Assembly: GCA_039190745.1 (NCBI GenBank)
Contig: JBCCXZ010000043.1
Span: 1 to 33,436, forward strand
Length of the DNA stretch: 33,436 bases
Reading direction: 5' to 3'
Source of the DNA: Planctomycetota bacterium
Lineage (GTDB): Bacteria; Planctomycetota; Planctomycetia; Pirellulales; Lacipirellulaceae
Shown: one piece after another, positions 1-9,491 of the stretch
Position numbering within the stretch: the stretch's first letter is position 1
How the letters are laid out: each line of letters starts with the position of its first letter
Position numbers and translations under genes: made by a program
The notes under the pieces: model-generated
The model's input: only the letters and a program-made list of their open reading frames with translations
What the model was told of the DNA's origin: nothing
Databases searched by the model: none

Positions 1-148
1 CAACACGTTTGGTTACGACCGCTCGTTCTTCTTCGACGAGTCGCGTCTGGCGTACGACCTGCCGTCGCTGGTCGGCATCCCCGAGCCGGCTTCGGCGTTG
101 CTTGTTTCGATGGCGCTGGTCGGCTTCGCCGGCCGTCGTCGCCGCTAG
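1..148 (+). CDS. PEP-CTERM sorting-domain protein, 3' end only (starts before window)
   Basis: Frame from nt 2 reads NTFGYDRSFFFDESRLAYDLPSLVG-IPEPASALLVSMALVGFAGRRRR-stop(146-148): PEP, TM helix, Arg tail. Not in the ORF track. Confidence 0.9.
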   Translation, partial: NTFGYDRSFFFDESRLAYDLPSLVGIPEPASALLVSMALVGFAGRRRR

Positions 149-191
149 GCGTTTGAGAGAGGTTTGCTTGCTTCCGTATTGAGTGAGGTAC

Positions 192-236
192 GACGGCGGG
201 CCGGGCGAACAGGCCGCCCAGCCCGCCGTCTTTTTT
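192..236 (+). terminator. Rho-independent terminator
   Basis: GACGGCGGGCCGGGCG / loop AACAGGC / CGCCCAGCCCGCCGTC (16-bp stem, 1 mismatch) then T6. Confidence 0.85.
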
Positions 237-384
237 GAGCCCGGGCAGAGTTTTTCCAGACAGCAGTTTTGGTTCGTTGCCACACCGGGTTGGTCACGCC
301 GCCGGTTGGTCACGACATCGCGGACGCCGGGCAGGGCGCCCCGCACCCCCACACCCAGACAGCACCAGTGAAGGAATCGGAGCA

Positions 385-1542
385 ATGAGAACTTTTTCGA
401 TCATCGCGGCCACGGCGGCGGCTCTGCTTAGCGCCCAGGCGGCGTCGGCACAGCTGATTGCGGCCGACAGCTTTGACTCGGCCGTTTACGACACCGACGA
501 GATCCGTTTCGATGAGACGGGCCCCAATAACGACGGCGACATCGTCACAACCGGTTGGTCCGGCGGTACGCCGTGGGTCTCTGGCACGGGGAACCTGACC
601 TGGAACTCGATTTCTCTCGGCAACGGGGGCGTCTCCTATGACGATGCCTCAGACGGCAAGGGCCGCTACATCGCGAACAGCTTCGACTTCTTCCGGCAGT
701 CATTCCACAACCTCGACTCGTACACTCCCGCCGATACGTACTTTATGAGCTTCTTCGTCGACCCCGGCGGGAGCTTCCTTTCGAGCGGCAGCCGCGAGTA
801 CGCGACGGTTGGGTTCACCAACGCCGTGACTTCCGCTTCGTTCAACAACACCAGCGCCGACAACGTGTTCGGCTTGCAAGTCGGCTTCCGCGGCGAAGAC
901 GCCGGCGCCGACGCGGACACAACGGACCTGATCATCCGGGCACGCGACCTCTCGGGCGACTTGGCCGACACGGTGCTGGTTGCCGACGCGGGCAACGAGC
1001 CGTTCGGCGGCACGTTCCACGTATTGATGAAGGTCGATATCAACGTCGGCGGCGGCACTGCCGACGACGTCACTTACTGGGTCAACCCGGCGGATGTCAC
1101 CTCCGAAGTGACGCTGACTTCCAGTTCGGCCGCCACCGGTTCGATCTCGACCGCGGCCTTTGAAGCGACCGACTCGGTAACGCGTCTCAACGTGCTGACC
1201 AGCAACTGGGCCCGCGGGTTCTTCTACGACGAGGCCCGGTTCGGGTACGACCTCAGCTCGGTGGCCGGCCCGCCGGTTGCGCAGGACGACGCCGACTTTG
1301 ACGGCGACGGAGATGTCGACGTGTCGGATGTCCTTACCTACCAGCGCGGATTCGGTGTCGGTACGACCCAGCCCGAGGGCGACGCCGACGGCGACGGCGT
1401 CGTGGACGCCGACGACTTGGCGGTGATCGAGTCGCAGTTCGGCACCGGCGACGCGGTGGCGGCGATCAGCGCGGTGCCCGAGCCCGCCTCGCTGCTGCTC
1501 GTGTTGTGCGGCCTCGGCGCTTGCGGCCTGCGTCGTCGGTAA
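385..1542 (+). CDS. Secreted PEP-CTERM protein with planctomycete dockerin-like (EF-hand pair) module
   Basis: ATG 385 after AAGGA; signal peptide MRTFSIIAATAAALLSAQAASA; DFDGDGDVDVSD and DADGDGVVDADD repeats; VPEPASLLLVLCGLGACGLRRR tail. ORF-track start 235 is probably too early. Confidence 0.9.
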   Translation: MRTFSIIAATAAALLSAQAASAQLIAADSFDSAVYDTDEIRFDETGPNNDGDIVTTGWSGGTPWVSGTGNLTWNSISLGNGGVSYDDASDGKGRYIANSFDFFRQSFHNLDSYTPADTYFMSFFVDPGGSFLSSGSREYATVGFTNAVTSASFNNTSADNVFGLQVGFRGEDAGADADTTDLIIRARDLSGDLADTVLVADAGNEPFGGTFHVLMKVDINVGGGTADDVTYWVNPADVTSEVTLTSSSAATGSISTAAFEATDSVTRLNVLTSNWARGFFYDEARFGYDLSSVAGPPVAQDDADFDGDGDVDVSDVLTYQRGFGVGTTQPEGDADGDGVVDADDLAVIESQFGTGDAVAAISAVPEPASLLLVLCGLGACGLRRR

Positions 1543-1566
1543 TGGCTTCGTCAGCGTTTGAGACTC

Positions 1567-1609
1567 ATGGGCTCGCCTCGAGTGCTCTCGCCATTCGGGG
1601 CGGGCCCGT
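1567..1609 (+). terminator. RNA stem-loop after PEP-CTERM gene (weak terminator or stability hairpin)
   Basis: GGGCTCGCCTCGAGTG pairs with CATTCGGGGCGGGCCC through three G:U pairs, 7-nt loop; no clear U-tract. Confidence 0.5.
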
Positions 1610-1672
1610 TACAATTGGCGGATCGCATCACCGGCGCCTGCGGTCGGCAGTCCTTATCCGGAGCTATTCCAA

Positions 1673-2695
1673 ATGACACGCTCGCGTAGGGAACTCTCCC
1701 GGAATGCGGCTGGTTTCACGCTGGTCGAGTTGCTCGTCGTGATCGCCATCATCGGCGTGCTGGTCGCTTTGCTGTTGCCGGCTATCCAGTCTGCCCGCGA
1801 GGCCGCTCGGCGGATCCAGTGCGCGAACAACCTGAAGCAGATGGGCCTAGCCGTGCAGAATTACATGTCTGCAAATGGTGACAAGCTGCCGGTTGGCTAT
1901 GAGGGCTGGATCGATACGTCTGCAAGCGCAAACTTCAGCAAACGGCACGTCTTCACGACGATGCTGCCCTACATGGAGCAACAAACGGTCTACGATCAAC
2001 TTCAGTTCGACTATTACGCGGCGCCGACCTCGAACGTCTTTGACGACCCGATGGCGTTCCAGTTGATTCAGGCCTACATCTGCCCAAGTTTCCCAGACGA
2101 GACGATTATTCCTAAGGGAAGCAGCTTCGGTTACGACGAAGGGGCCCTGACCAACTACACCGCGATCGCAGGTGCGACGCTCGACGGGCTGATCCCACTG
2201 GGTGGCGAGGACGAGAATGACGACTTCGTGAATTCAGCCTTTGGGCCCATACCGAAGAACGGTGTGTTCACGTTTGAGTTCAAGTACCTGGGCGAAAAGG
2301 ACAAGGAGTTGATGGTCGGCCGGGCGCGGGGCGGCTCGGAGGTCATCGACGGGCAAAGCAACACCCTCATGATCGGTGAGTTCGTCCACCGCGACACGCC
2401 GCCGAGCCCGCAAGCCGATTACCAAGCCGGGAACATGCGGCCCTGGTACCTGGGGGGCTTCCAGAGTGCTTCGTACTCCACCAAGGTGATCGAGTTTACT
2501 CCCAACGTGAGGATCAACCGCGCGGACGGCGTGAACTTCAACTACCTCCCGATGGGCAGTTACCACCCGGGGACATGCCAGTTCGTGTTCGTGGACGGCA
2601 GCGTCCACCCGATCTCAGACGACATCGACCTCGACCTCTTCCAAGCGTTGGCCACGTGCAACACGGGGGACCTCGTTGACTCGGACTCTTTCTAA
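1673..2695 (+). CDS. DUF1559 family prepilin-type N-terminal cleavage/methylation protein
   Basis: GFTLVELLVVIAIIGVLVALLLPAIQSAREAARRIQCANNLKQ; DGQSNT; H-X9-DG (HPGTCQFVFVDG). Confidence 0.95.
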   Translation: MTRSRRELSRNAAGFTLVELLVVIAIIGVLVALLLPAIQSAREAARRIQCANNLKQMGLAVQNYMSANGDKLPVGYEGWIDTSASANFSKRHVFTTMLPYMEQQTVYDQLQFDYYAAPTSNVFDDPMAFQLIQAYICPSFPDETIIPKGSSFGYDEGALTNYTAIAGATLDGLIPLGGEDENDDFVNSAFGPIPKNGVFTFEFKYLGEKDKELMVGRARGGSEVIDGQSNTLMIGEFVHRDTPPSPQADYQAGNMRPWYLGGFQSASYSTKVIEFTPNVRINRADGVNFNYLPMGSYHPGTCQFVFVDGSVHPISDDIDLDLFQALATCNTGDLVDSDSF

Positions 2696-3143
2696 GGCCG
2701 GTCGCGCCGGCCTCGCTATTGGGCTGCTGAGCGCTACGCTCTCTGTGCTTGGCTGCACGAAGTTGCCCGAGACTGCGCCCGTGAAAGGACGCGTGACCCT
2801 TGACGGGGAGCCGCTGAAGTTCGGCACGGTGATGCTCCAAGACAAGAGCGGCGGTCAGCCGGCCCGCGGCTCGATTGGGCCGGACGGCTCGTTTGTCTGC
2901 ACCACGTTCCGAGAGGGCGACGGGGCCATGCTCGGGCAGAGCCGCGTCAGCGTCCGTTGCTACAGCGGCCAGGACCCCTCGGTGCAGGCCAAGCTGGAGC
3001 CCGGTCAGGAGCAGACCCTCGGCCAACTACTGATCCCGCAGAAGTACACGATGTTCCGCAGCAGCGGCATCGTCGTGGATGTCGGCGTCGAGGGGAACGA
3101 GAACCTCTCGATCGAACTCGTCTCCGAGCGACGCAGGCGTTGA
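2676..3143 (+). CDS. Small lipoprotein, carboxypeptidase-regulatory-like domain (usual DUF1559 partner)
   Basis: Lipobox VLGC; PVKGRVTLDGEPL, GSIGPDGSF, IPQKY; overlaps the DUF1559 end. Confidence 0.8.
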   Translation: MTRTLSKAGRAGLAIGLLSATLSVLGCTKLPETAPVKGRVTLDGEPLKFGTVMLQDKSGGQPARGSIGPDGSFVCTTFREGDGAMLGQSRVSVRCYSGQDPSVQAKLEPGQEQTLGQLLIPQKYTMFRSSGIVVDVGVEGNENLSIELVSERRRR

Positions 3144-3171
3144 GGCCGCGTCTAGTGATCGGCCACCAAGC

Positions 3172-4407
3172 CTATTTCGCCGAGCGCGTGAGCTGCTTCC
3201 GGTACCCCAGCGGGGTCTGACCGAATCGCTTGCGGAAAGCGACCCCGAAGCGTGTGCCGTTGGCAAACCCGCAGGCGGTGGCGATCTCGCCGACCGAGAG
3301 GCCCGAGTCGGCGAGCAGCTGCCGGCCCTTTTCAAGCCTTACACGGCGGATCTCCTCGGCGGGCGACCGCCCCAAGAAGTGCCGGAACTGGATCTCTAGG
3401 CTTCGGCGAGAGACGGGCACCTCGCGGAGGATGTCTTGCACGACGATGTCTTGGAAGGCGTGCGTTTGGATGAACCTCAGTGCGCGAACGACCGTCTCGT
3501 CGTCGATCGCGAGGATGTCGGTGGACTGCCGGCTAGAGACGCCCTGCGGGGGGATCATGAGCGGCTCGGCCGGCGCCGGTTCGCCGTGCATCATCCGGTC
3601 GAGCATCGCGGCCGCTTCGTAGCCGATCTTCTGGCCGGCTACCAGGATGCTGGAGAGCGGCGGGGTGCAGACCTCGCACATCAGGTCGTCGGTGTCGCCG
3701 GCGAGGATCGCGACCTCGTCCGGCACGCGTGTCTCGTTCAGGAAGCAGATCTCGGCGAGCTGGCGGCCGTGGTGGGCGTCGACGGCCAGGATGGCGATCG
3801 GCCGCGGCAGCGAGCGGAGCCAACGGCTGACCCGCCGTTGCCGTTCTTCCCAGCCGATCTTGCGGCCCGCCCGGTAGCCCGGTTTGTAGACCTTGCAGTC
3901 GTGCCCGGCGGCGCGGCAGAGGGCTACAAACTCTTCCCCCCGCTTGGTCGAGTACTTCCGGCTCGGCGGCGCGAAGTAGGCGAACTGGGTGAAGCCCCGG
4001 TCGAGGAAGTGGCCCAGCGCCGCTTTGCCGCGCTCCCGGTCGTCGGTGACAACGTCGGCAACGCCTTCGATCCCCTCGAACACGGTGTCGACGTTTACGG
4101 TGGGCAGCCCGCGCTCCAAGATTTGGTCGACCTGCAGGCGGCTGCCGAAGCGTGCGATCACGCCGTCGCCTTGCCACATGTCGGGCATGGTGGGACGCTG
4201 CTCGTCGTCCCGAGGGTCAATCAGAAGATTCCAGTGGCCGTGGTTCTGAGAGTAGTCGGCGATGCCTCGGATGACGCTGCAGCCCCAGCTGTCTTCGGTT
4301 TCCACCAAGACGGCGACCTGCTTAACCCGCTTCGCGGCTGGCAGCCCGCCGCTCGCTTGAGAATCGTGAATGGAGTGTTGCGGCTGAGCTTCTGTGGTGA
4401 ATGCCAT
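3172..4407 (-). CDS. XylR-type regulator (LacI-like ligand-binding domain plus C-terminal AraC HTH)
   Basis: VAVLVET..GIADY, DGVIAR, VPDEVAILAGD, PPLSSI, RQSTD, VSRRSLE, IATACGF..FGVAFRKRFGQTPLGYR. Start at ATG 4407 is a judgement; track gives 4563. Confidence 0.92.
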   Translation of the reverse strand: MAFTTEAQPQHSIHDSQASGGLPAAKRVKQVAVLVETEDSWGCSVIRGIADYSQNHGHWNLLIDPRDDEQRPTMPDMWQGDGVIARFGSRLQVDQILERGLPTVNVDTVFEGIEGVADVVTDDRERGKAALGHFLDRGFTQFAYFAPPSRKYSTKRGEEFVALCRAAGHDCKVYKPGYRAGRKIGWEERQRRVSRWLRSLPRPIAILAVDAHHGRQLAEICFLNETRVPDEVAILAGDTDDLMCEVCTPPLSSILVAGQKIGYEAAAMLDRMMHGEPAPAEPLMIPPQGVSSRQSTDILAIDDETVVRALRFIQTHAFQDIVVQDILREVPVSRRSLEIQFRHFLGRSPAEEIRRVRLEKGRQLLADSGLSVGEIATACGFANGTRFGVAFRKRFGQTPLGYRKQLTRSAK

Positions 4408-4754
4408 AAGGTTCTCGATGGGCTGAGAGTTCGCCGGGTGCGAGGAGTAAGCGGCCTGCGGAAGGCTTCGCTGGGGTCGCCCCCTCGTTTGCCGTTGCTG
4501 TATCTGCCACCTCTGGTCGATCATAGTTGTGGGCTGCGAAAAAGTCTGCGCGATAGCGAGCAAAAAATGCTCAAATCGACTCTGGCGATTGTGCCGATTA
4601 ATGGGACGCTCTCAACCTCCTTTGCGGGGGGGCGACAGGAGCGGGAAATTACCAGGCTGTTCCGAGGCTACTCATCGCCGCCGGCGGAGCGCATGATGGC
4701 AGGATGGCGCCGCCCGGCGAGGCGATCGGGCGCTGCAAAAACTAGGTGGTTGAT

Positions 4755-5825
4755 ATGAGCAAACTGGTTGTCGGGTTGATGAGCGGCACCTCGTGCGACG
4801 GGGCCGACGCGGCCCTGCTGCGAACCGACGGGGAGTCTGAGATCGACTTCCTCGGGGGCGTGACGCTCCCTTACGAGGCCGACATCCGGTCCCGCCTGCT
4901 CGACGCCTCACAGCACGACGTGCCGCTGACCGAGGTCCTCCGGCTTGAGGAGCAGATTTCCGAGTACCACGTGCGGGCGGTTAGACTCCTGCAAGAAACC
5001 GAGAAGGCGGCCGCCGACGTCGAACTGATCGGTTTCCACGGCCACACGCTGCGGCACGTCCCCAAGAAGGGCCGGACCCTGCAGATTGGCAACCCCTGGA
5101 TACTGGCTCGCGACCTGGGCGTGCCTGTGGTGCACGACTTCCGCCGCAACGACATGGCCTACGGCGGTCAAGGCGCTCCGCTCGTTTCGATGTTTCACCG
5201 GGCTTTGTTCCTGGCGGACGAGCACCCGCTAGTTGTGCTAAACATCGGCGGCGTTGCCAACACGACGTGGCTCGGCGAGGGCGGCGAGATCATCGGGGGC
5301 GATACCGGCCCCGGCTGCGGGCTGATGGACGAGTGGGCCCAAACCACCGCGGAACTGCCCCACGACCGCGACGGCCAACTCGCTGCGGCCGGCTCGGTCG
5401 ACTGGCCGTCTGTCGAGGAGGCGTTGTCCGCAGACTACTTCGCGTTGCCGTTGCCGAAGTCCGCGGACAGGTACGATTTCGATCACGTCGACGTTTCACA
5501 CCTCAGCACCGAAGACGGTGCGGCGACGCTCTGCGCCATCACGGCCGAGGCGGTGTTCCGGGCCGTCAAGAAACTGCCGGCGATGCCCAAGAAAATCTGG
5601 GCGACCGGAGGCGGCGTGCACCACCCGGTCCTGATGCAGATGCTCGCGGAACGCTTTGGCAGCGTCAGCGACGTGAAAGAGCGGGGCCTGAACCCCGACA
5701 CACTCGAAGCGGAGTGCTTTGCGTGGCTCGCCGTGCGTCACACCGAGGGGCTGCCGTTGACGATCCCCGAAACTACGGGCGTCTCGAAGCCGCTCGCGGG
5801 GGCCAGTCTGACCCGCCCCGTCTAG
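4755..5825 (+). CDS. anmK: Anhydro-N-acetylmuramic acid kinase
   Basis: GLMSGTSCDGADAAL, IGFHGHT, DFRRNDMAYGGQGAPL, NIGGVAN, DTGPG, EAECFAWLA; murQ nearby. Confidence 0.95.
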   Translation: MSKLVVGLMSGTSCDGADAALLRTDGESEIDFLGGVTLPYEADIRSRLLDASQHDVPLTEVLRLEEQISEYHVRAVRLLQETEKAAADVELIGFHGHTLRHVPKKGRTLQIGNPWILARDLGVPVVHDFRRNDMAYGGQGAPLVSMFHRALFLADEHPLVVLNIGGVANTTWLGEGGEIIGGDTGPGCGLMDEWAQTTAELPHDRDGQLAAAGSVDWPSVEEALSADYFALPLPKSADRYDFDHVDVSHLSTEDGAATLCAITAEAVFRAVKKLPAMPKKIWATGGGVHHPVLMQMLAERFGSVSDVKERGLNPDTLEAECFAWLAVRHTEGLPLTIPETTGVSKPLAGASLTRPV

Positions 5826-5877
5826 CGAATGGGTAACTTCGAAAGTGCTGCTTCGCGGGTCTAGCGGATCGGGACCT

Positions 5878-6849
5878 TCAACCGCCGGTCTCAAGCAACA
5901 ACTCTGCGGCAAGGCGGACGCACCCCTCGACCGGGTGCTCGACCGATTGGAGCTCGGTCGGGGCAAGCCGGCGGGCCAAGGCCTCTCGGAGCGGCCGGCT
6001 CCCGCAGCCGACGCCGCCCGCGATGGCGATCTCAACCGGCCGGTCGGCCCCTGCGTCCGACCAACTCGTTGTGCACAGCTCAGCGAGGTTCACAGCGGCA
6101 TTCTCAATGATTGCCTTCGCCGAAGCGTCGCCCGCTTCAGCCGCGGCCGAAACGATCGGGGAGAACGCCGCGATCATTGCACGGGCGTCGCTCGTTTTTC
6201 CTAAGGTGGTCGGGATTTCGCGGGCGTGTTCCACGCCGAAGTGTTTCAACGCATCCGCTAGGAGTGCGGTGGGCGAGCCCCGACCGTCTGCGGCCCTCGA
6301 GACGGCGTTGAGTGCGTCCCGCCCGATGGCGTAGCCGCTGCCTTCGTCGCCGAACCAGTAGCCCCAGCCGCCAACCACGGCGGTTTTCCCGCCAGGCGTG
6401 CGCGTCATCGCGACCGAGCCGGTGCCGACGATCAAAGACGTGCCGGCCGATCGCCCGAAGGCGGCCGCCAACACCGCTTCGCCGTCGTGCGCAACGCGGC
6501 ACGTTTCCGCCATCCCGGTTTGCGTGTTCCAGTCGAGTATCTGTTGGACGACATCGGGGCTGCCGGCTCCCGCCGCAGCAATCACCGCCGCCGCAATCCT
6601 CCCGCCGGCAAATCCTTCGCAGGCGCCGGTTGCAGACTCGGTTGCCTTGGAGATGCTGTCGAATGCTCGCTCGGGCCCGACCGCGCGCATGTTGCTCGAT
6701 CCCGACTCTGCTCGCCCTTCGCAGTGGAGCTGGCCATCCTGCCCGACGCGCGAAACCCAGGCTCGGGTGCGGGTGCCGCCCCCGTCGATACCGAGGACCC
6801 ATTTGCCCGCGTGCGCGGCGAGCGACGCGGCGGAAGCTTCGACGGTCAT
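5878..6849 (-). CDS. BadF/BadG/BcrA/BcrD-type N-acetylglucosamine/N-acetylmuramate kinase (MurK-like)
   Basis: [33 protein letters not shown]; 4-bp ATGA overlap with murQ. Confidence 0.88.
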   Translation of the reverse strand: MTVEASAASLAAHAGKWVLGIDGGGTRTRAWVSRVGQDGQLHCEGRAESGSSNMRAVGPERAFDSISKATESATGACEGFAGGRIAAAVIAAAGAGSPDVVQQILDWNTQTGMAETCRVAHDGEAVLAAAFGRSAGTSLIVGTGSVAMTRTPGGKTAVVGGWGYWFGDEGSGYAIGRDALNAVSRAADGRGSPTALLADALKHFGVEHAREIPTTLGKTSDARAMIAAFSPIVSAAAEAGDASAKAIIENAAVNLAELCTTSWSDAGADRPVEIAIAGGVGCGSRPLREALARRLAPTELQSVEHPVEGCVRLAAELLLETGG

Positions 6850-7745
6850 TGCTGGCCGTTCTTGAGCGCCTTGCGGAGGTGGCCCTGCGCGGCGTCGAGC
6901 CGCAGGCGGGCTTCTTCGGGCGACTTCGAGAGTGAGTGGGCCACGATGGCGGTCTTGAGTTCACCGGAGCACTGCTGCAGCAGTTCCGAGGCGCCGTCCG
7001 AATCGAGGTTCGTGAGATTCCGCACGATGCGGTTGGCACGCTCGGTGAGCTTGGTGTTGGTGGCTTGCAGGTCGACCATCAGGTTGCCGTAGGTCTTCCC
7101 CATCCGCACCATGGCCCCGGTAGAGAGCATGTTGAGCACCATCTTGGTGGCGGTGCCCGCCTTCATCCGGGTTGAGCCGCTAAGCACTTCCGCCCCTACG
7201 ACGGGGATGATGCTGATGTCTGCCCGGTGGCTCAGGGCCGCGTCGCGGTTGCAGGCCAGGCCGATTGTGAGCGCCCCCTGGCTGCGGGCGAAGTCGAGGG
7301 CACCCAGCACGTAGGGCGTCCTGCCGCTGGTGGCGATGCCAACGACGGCGTCGTGGCTGCAGAGTTCCAGCTTGCGGAGGTCTTCCACCGCCAACTCGGG
7401 CGAATCCTCGGCGCCCTCAACCGCCTTCAGCATGGCGCCCATGCCGCCCGCGATCACGCCGATCACTTGGTTGGGGTCCGCGTTGAAAGTGGGCGGGCAC
7501 TCCGCCGCGTCCAACACGCCGAGCCGCCCCGATGTTCCGGCCCCCATGTAGATCAACCGCCCGCCGTGCTCGAGTCGGTTCGCGATCGCGTCGATCGCCC
7601 GCGCGATGTTGGGCGACTGCTCGGCAACGGCGTCCGCAATCTTCGCGTCCTCAGAGTTGATCAGTTGCACGATCTCCTCAGACGACAGGCTGTCGAGCCT
7701 TTCGGACGCGGGATTACTCGCCTCGGTGGTTAGGTTTTCGAGCAT
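6846..7745 (-). CDS. murQ: N-acetylmuramic acid 6-phosphate etherase
   Basis: [58 protein letters not shown]. Confidence 0.97.
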   Translation of the reverse strand: MLENLTTEASNPASERLDSLSSEEIVQLINSEDAKIADAVAEQSPNIARAIDAIANRLEHGGRLIYMGAGTSGRLGVLDAAECPPTFNADPNQVIGVIAGGMGAMLKAVEGAEDSPELAVEDLRKLELCSHDAVVGIATSGRTPYVLGALDFARSQGALTIGLACNRDAALSHRADISIIPVVGAEVLSGSTRMKAGTATKMVLNMLSTGAMVRMGKTYGNLMVDLQATNTKLTERANRIVRNLTNLDSDGASELLQQCSGELKTAIVAHSLSKSPEEARLRLDAAQGHLRKALKNGQQ

Positions 7746-8003
7746 CTCTCGATTCTAGTAGCGGCCTCGGTGGATCGACACACCGCGTGCGTGAAAAAGA
7801 GAAAGGTGTGCGCTGCGGTTACGCCCGTTCGGGTCAAACTCGCATTAGGATGTTTGGCGAATGCTGACGCCTTGTTGATTCAAGCATCTATTCGTGGGCC
7901 ATTGGGGTTTCTGGGGCAAGATGGGTCTGCCTGTGTGCTTTTTGTGCGAGCAGCGTTCACGCTTTCTTAACGTGCTCCACCGCGTGCCCGGCTATAGGTT
8001 CGA

Positions 8004-9491
8004 TTGCCTGTGACGCTAGACACTCTGATTGTCGTCATCTACCTAGCAGGGGCGGTCGGGCTCGGGTTGTGGTTGGGGAGGAATCAGAAGTCGGTTGGGG
8101 ACTACTTCCTCGGGGCCCGCTCGCTGCCGGGCTGGGCCGTGCTCCTCTCGATCGTGGCGACCGAAACCAGCACGGTCACCTTCCTCAGCGTCCCCGGCCT
8201 CTCGTTCAATCCCGAAGGCGGCGACTTCCGCTTCCTGCAGATCACGTTCGGCTACGTTGTTGGTCGGCTCGCGATCGTGGCGTTCTTGCTGCCTCTGTTT
8301 TTTCGGGGGCAGGCCTTCACCGCTTACGAGCTGATGGAGCGGCGGTACGGAGTAACCACCCGACGCCTAACGTCGGTGCTCTTCCTGATCACTCGCAACT
8401 TGGCGGACGCGCTCCGCCTGTTCCTCACTGCGATCGTCCTGCAACAGGCGATCGGATTGGACGTACGCCTCTGCGTGATCGTCATCGGTGTGGTTACGAT
8501 CGGCTACACCGTTTTCGGCGGCGTGAAGTCCGTCGTTTGGAACGACTGCATCCAGTTTATGGTGTACACGCTCGGGGCACTTGCGGCGGTTCAGGTGCTG
8601 GGCGCCAAGACTCCCGGCGGGTGGAACGGAATCTTTGAGTTCGCTCAAGAGGCTGACAAGCTCCGCGTCTTCGATTTGCGGCTGAGTCCCGCCGACGGGG
8701 GCGTTAGTTTCTGGGCCGGCCTTCTCGGCGGCGCGTTCCTCACCGCCGCAACCCACGGAACCGACCAGATGATGGTGCAGCGCTACCTGGCTGCCCGCAG
8801 CCGCGGCGCCGCGGGGTGGGCGCTCGGCCTGAGCGGGTTTGTTGTGATGGCTCAGTTTGCTCTGTTCCTCTTGATCGGCGTCGGCATGGCGTGCTTCTAC
8901 GCTTCCTCCCCCCCTGACGGGGTTCCGGTCGACAGTTTCAAGGGCGATGTTGTCTTCTCACACTTCATCGTGAACCATCTGGGCCGCGGCCTGGTCGGCT
9001 TGACGCTCGCCGCGGTGTTCGCCGCGGCGATGTCGACCCTGTCGAGTTCGCTCAACTCGTCCGCAACGACGTTAATCAAAGACGTGGTCGTCCCCTGCGT
9101 GAAGACCCCGCTCAGCGACCCACAGCAGCTCAAACTGGGGCGTGCGGCCACCGCCCTGTTCGGCGTGGTGCAGATTACGCTTGCGCTCGCCGGCTACGGC
9201 ATCGGTATTGAGAGAGACACGGTCAACGCCGTGCTGAAAATCGCCAGCTTTGTAGCGGGGCCCATGCTGGGGCTCTACATCATCGCCGCGTTCGGCCCGA
9301 GGCTAGCCCTGGTGGGACAGTCGTCCATGTTGTCCGGATTGGGCGTCGGCTTCGTAGTCGTCGGCGCCGTGGCTCAACGCTACGGCCCCCATTGGCTGTG
9401 GTATTCTTTGATTGGGGCGCTCGTCACGATCGCTTGCGCCCTCGTGCTGGCGGTTCTGACGCCGAAAGGGAGAGGGGATGAAGACGCTTAG
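8004..9491 (+). CDS. Sodium:solute symporter (SSS) family transporter
   Basis: DYFLGARSLP, SIVATETSTVTFLSVPG, GGVKSVVWNDCIQ, GTDQMMVQRYL, AAAMSTLSSSLNS; many TM helices; TTG start. Confidence 0.93.
   Translation: MPVTLDTLIVVIYLAGAVGLGLWLGRNQKSVGDYFLGARSLPGWAVLLSIVATETSTVTFLSVPGLSFNPEGGDFRFLQITFGYVVGRLAIVAFLLPLFFRGQAFTAYELMERRYGVTTRRLTSVLFLITRNLADALRLFLTAIVLQQAIGLDVRLCVIVIGVVTIGYTVFGGVKSVVWNDCIQFMVYTLGALAAVQVLGAKTPGGWNGIFEFAQEADKLRVFDLRLSPADGGVSFWAGLLGGAFLTAATHGTDQMMVQRYLAARSRGAAGWALGLSGFVVMAQFALFLLIGVGMACFYASSPPDGVPVDSFKGDVVFSHFIVNHLGRGLVGLTLAAVFAAAMSTLSSSLNSSATTLIKDVVVPCVKTPLSDPQQLKLGRAATALFGVVQITLALAGYGIGIERDTVNAVLKIASFVAGPMLGLYIIAAFGPRLALVGQSSMLSGLGVGFVVVGAVAQRYGPHWLWYSLIGALVTIACALVLAVLTPKGRGDEDA

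Noticed and set aside
4534..4568. TGCGAAAAA / GCAAAAAA as XylR direct-repeat operator
   Set aside because: Too short and degenerate to support without comparative data.
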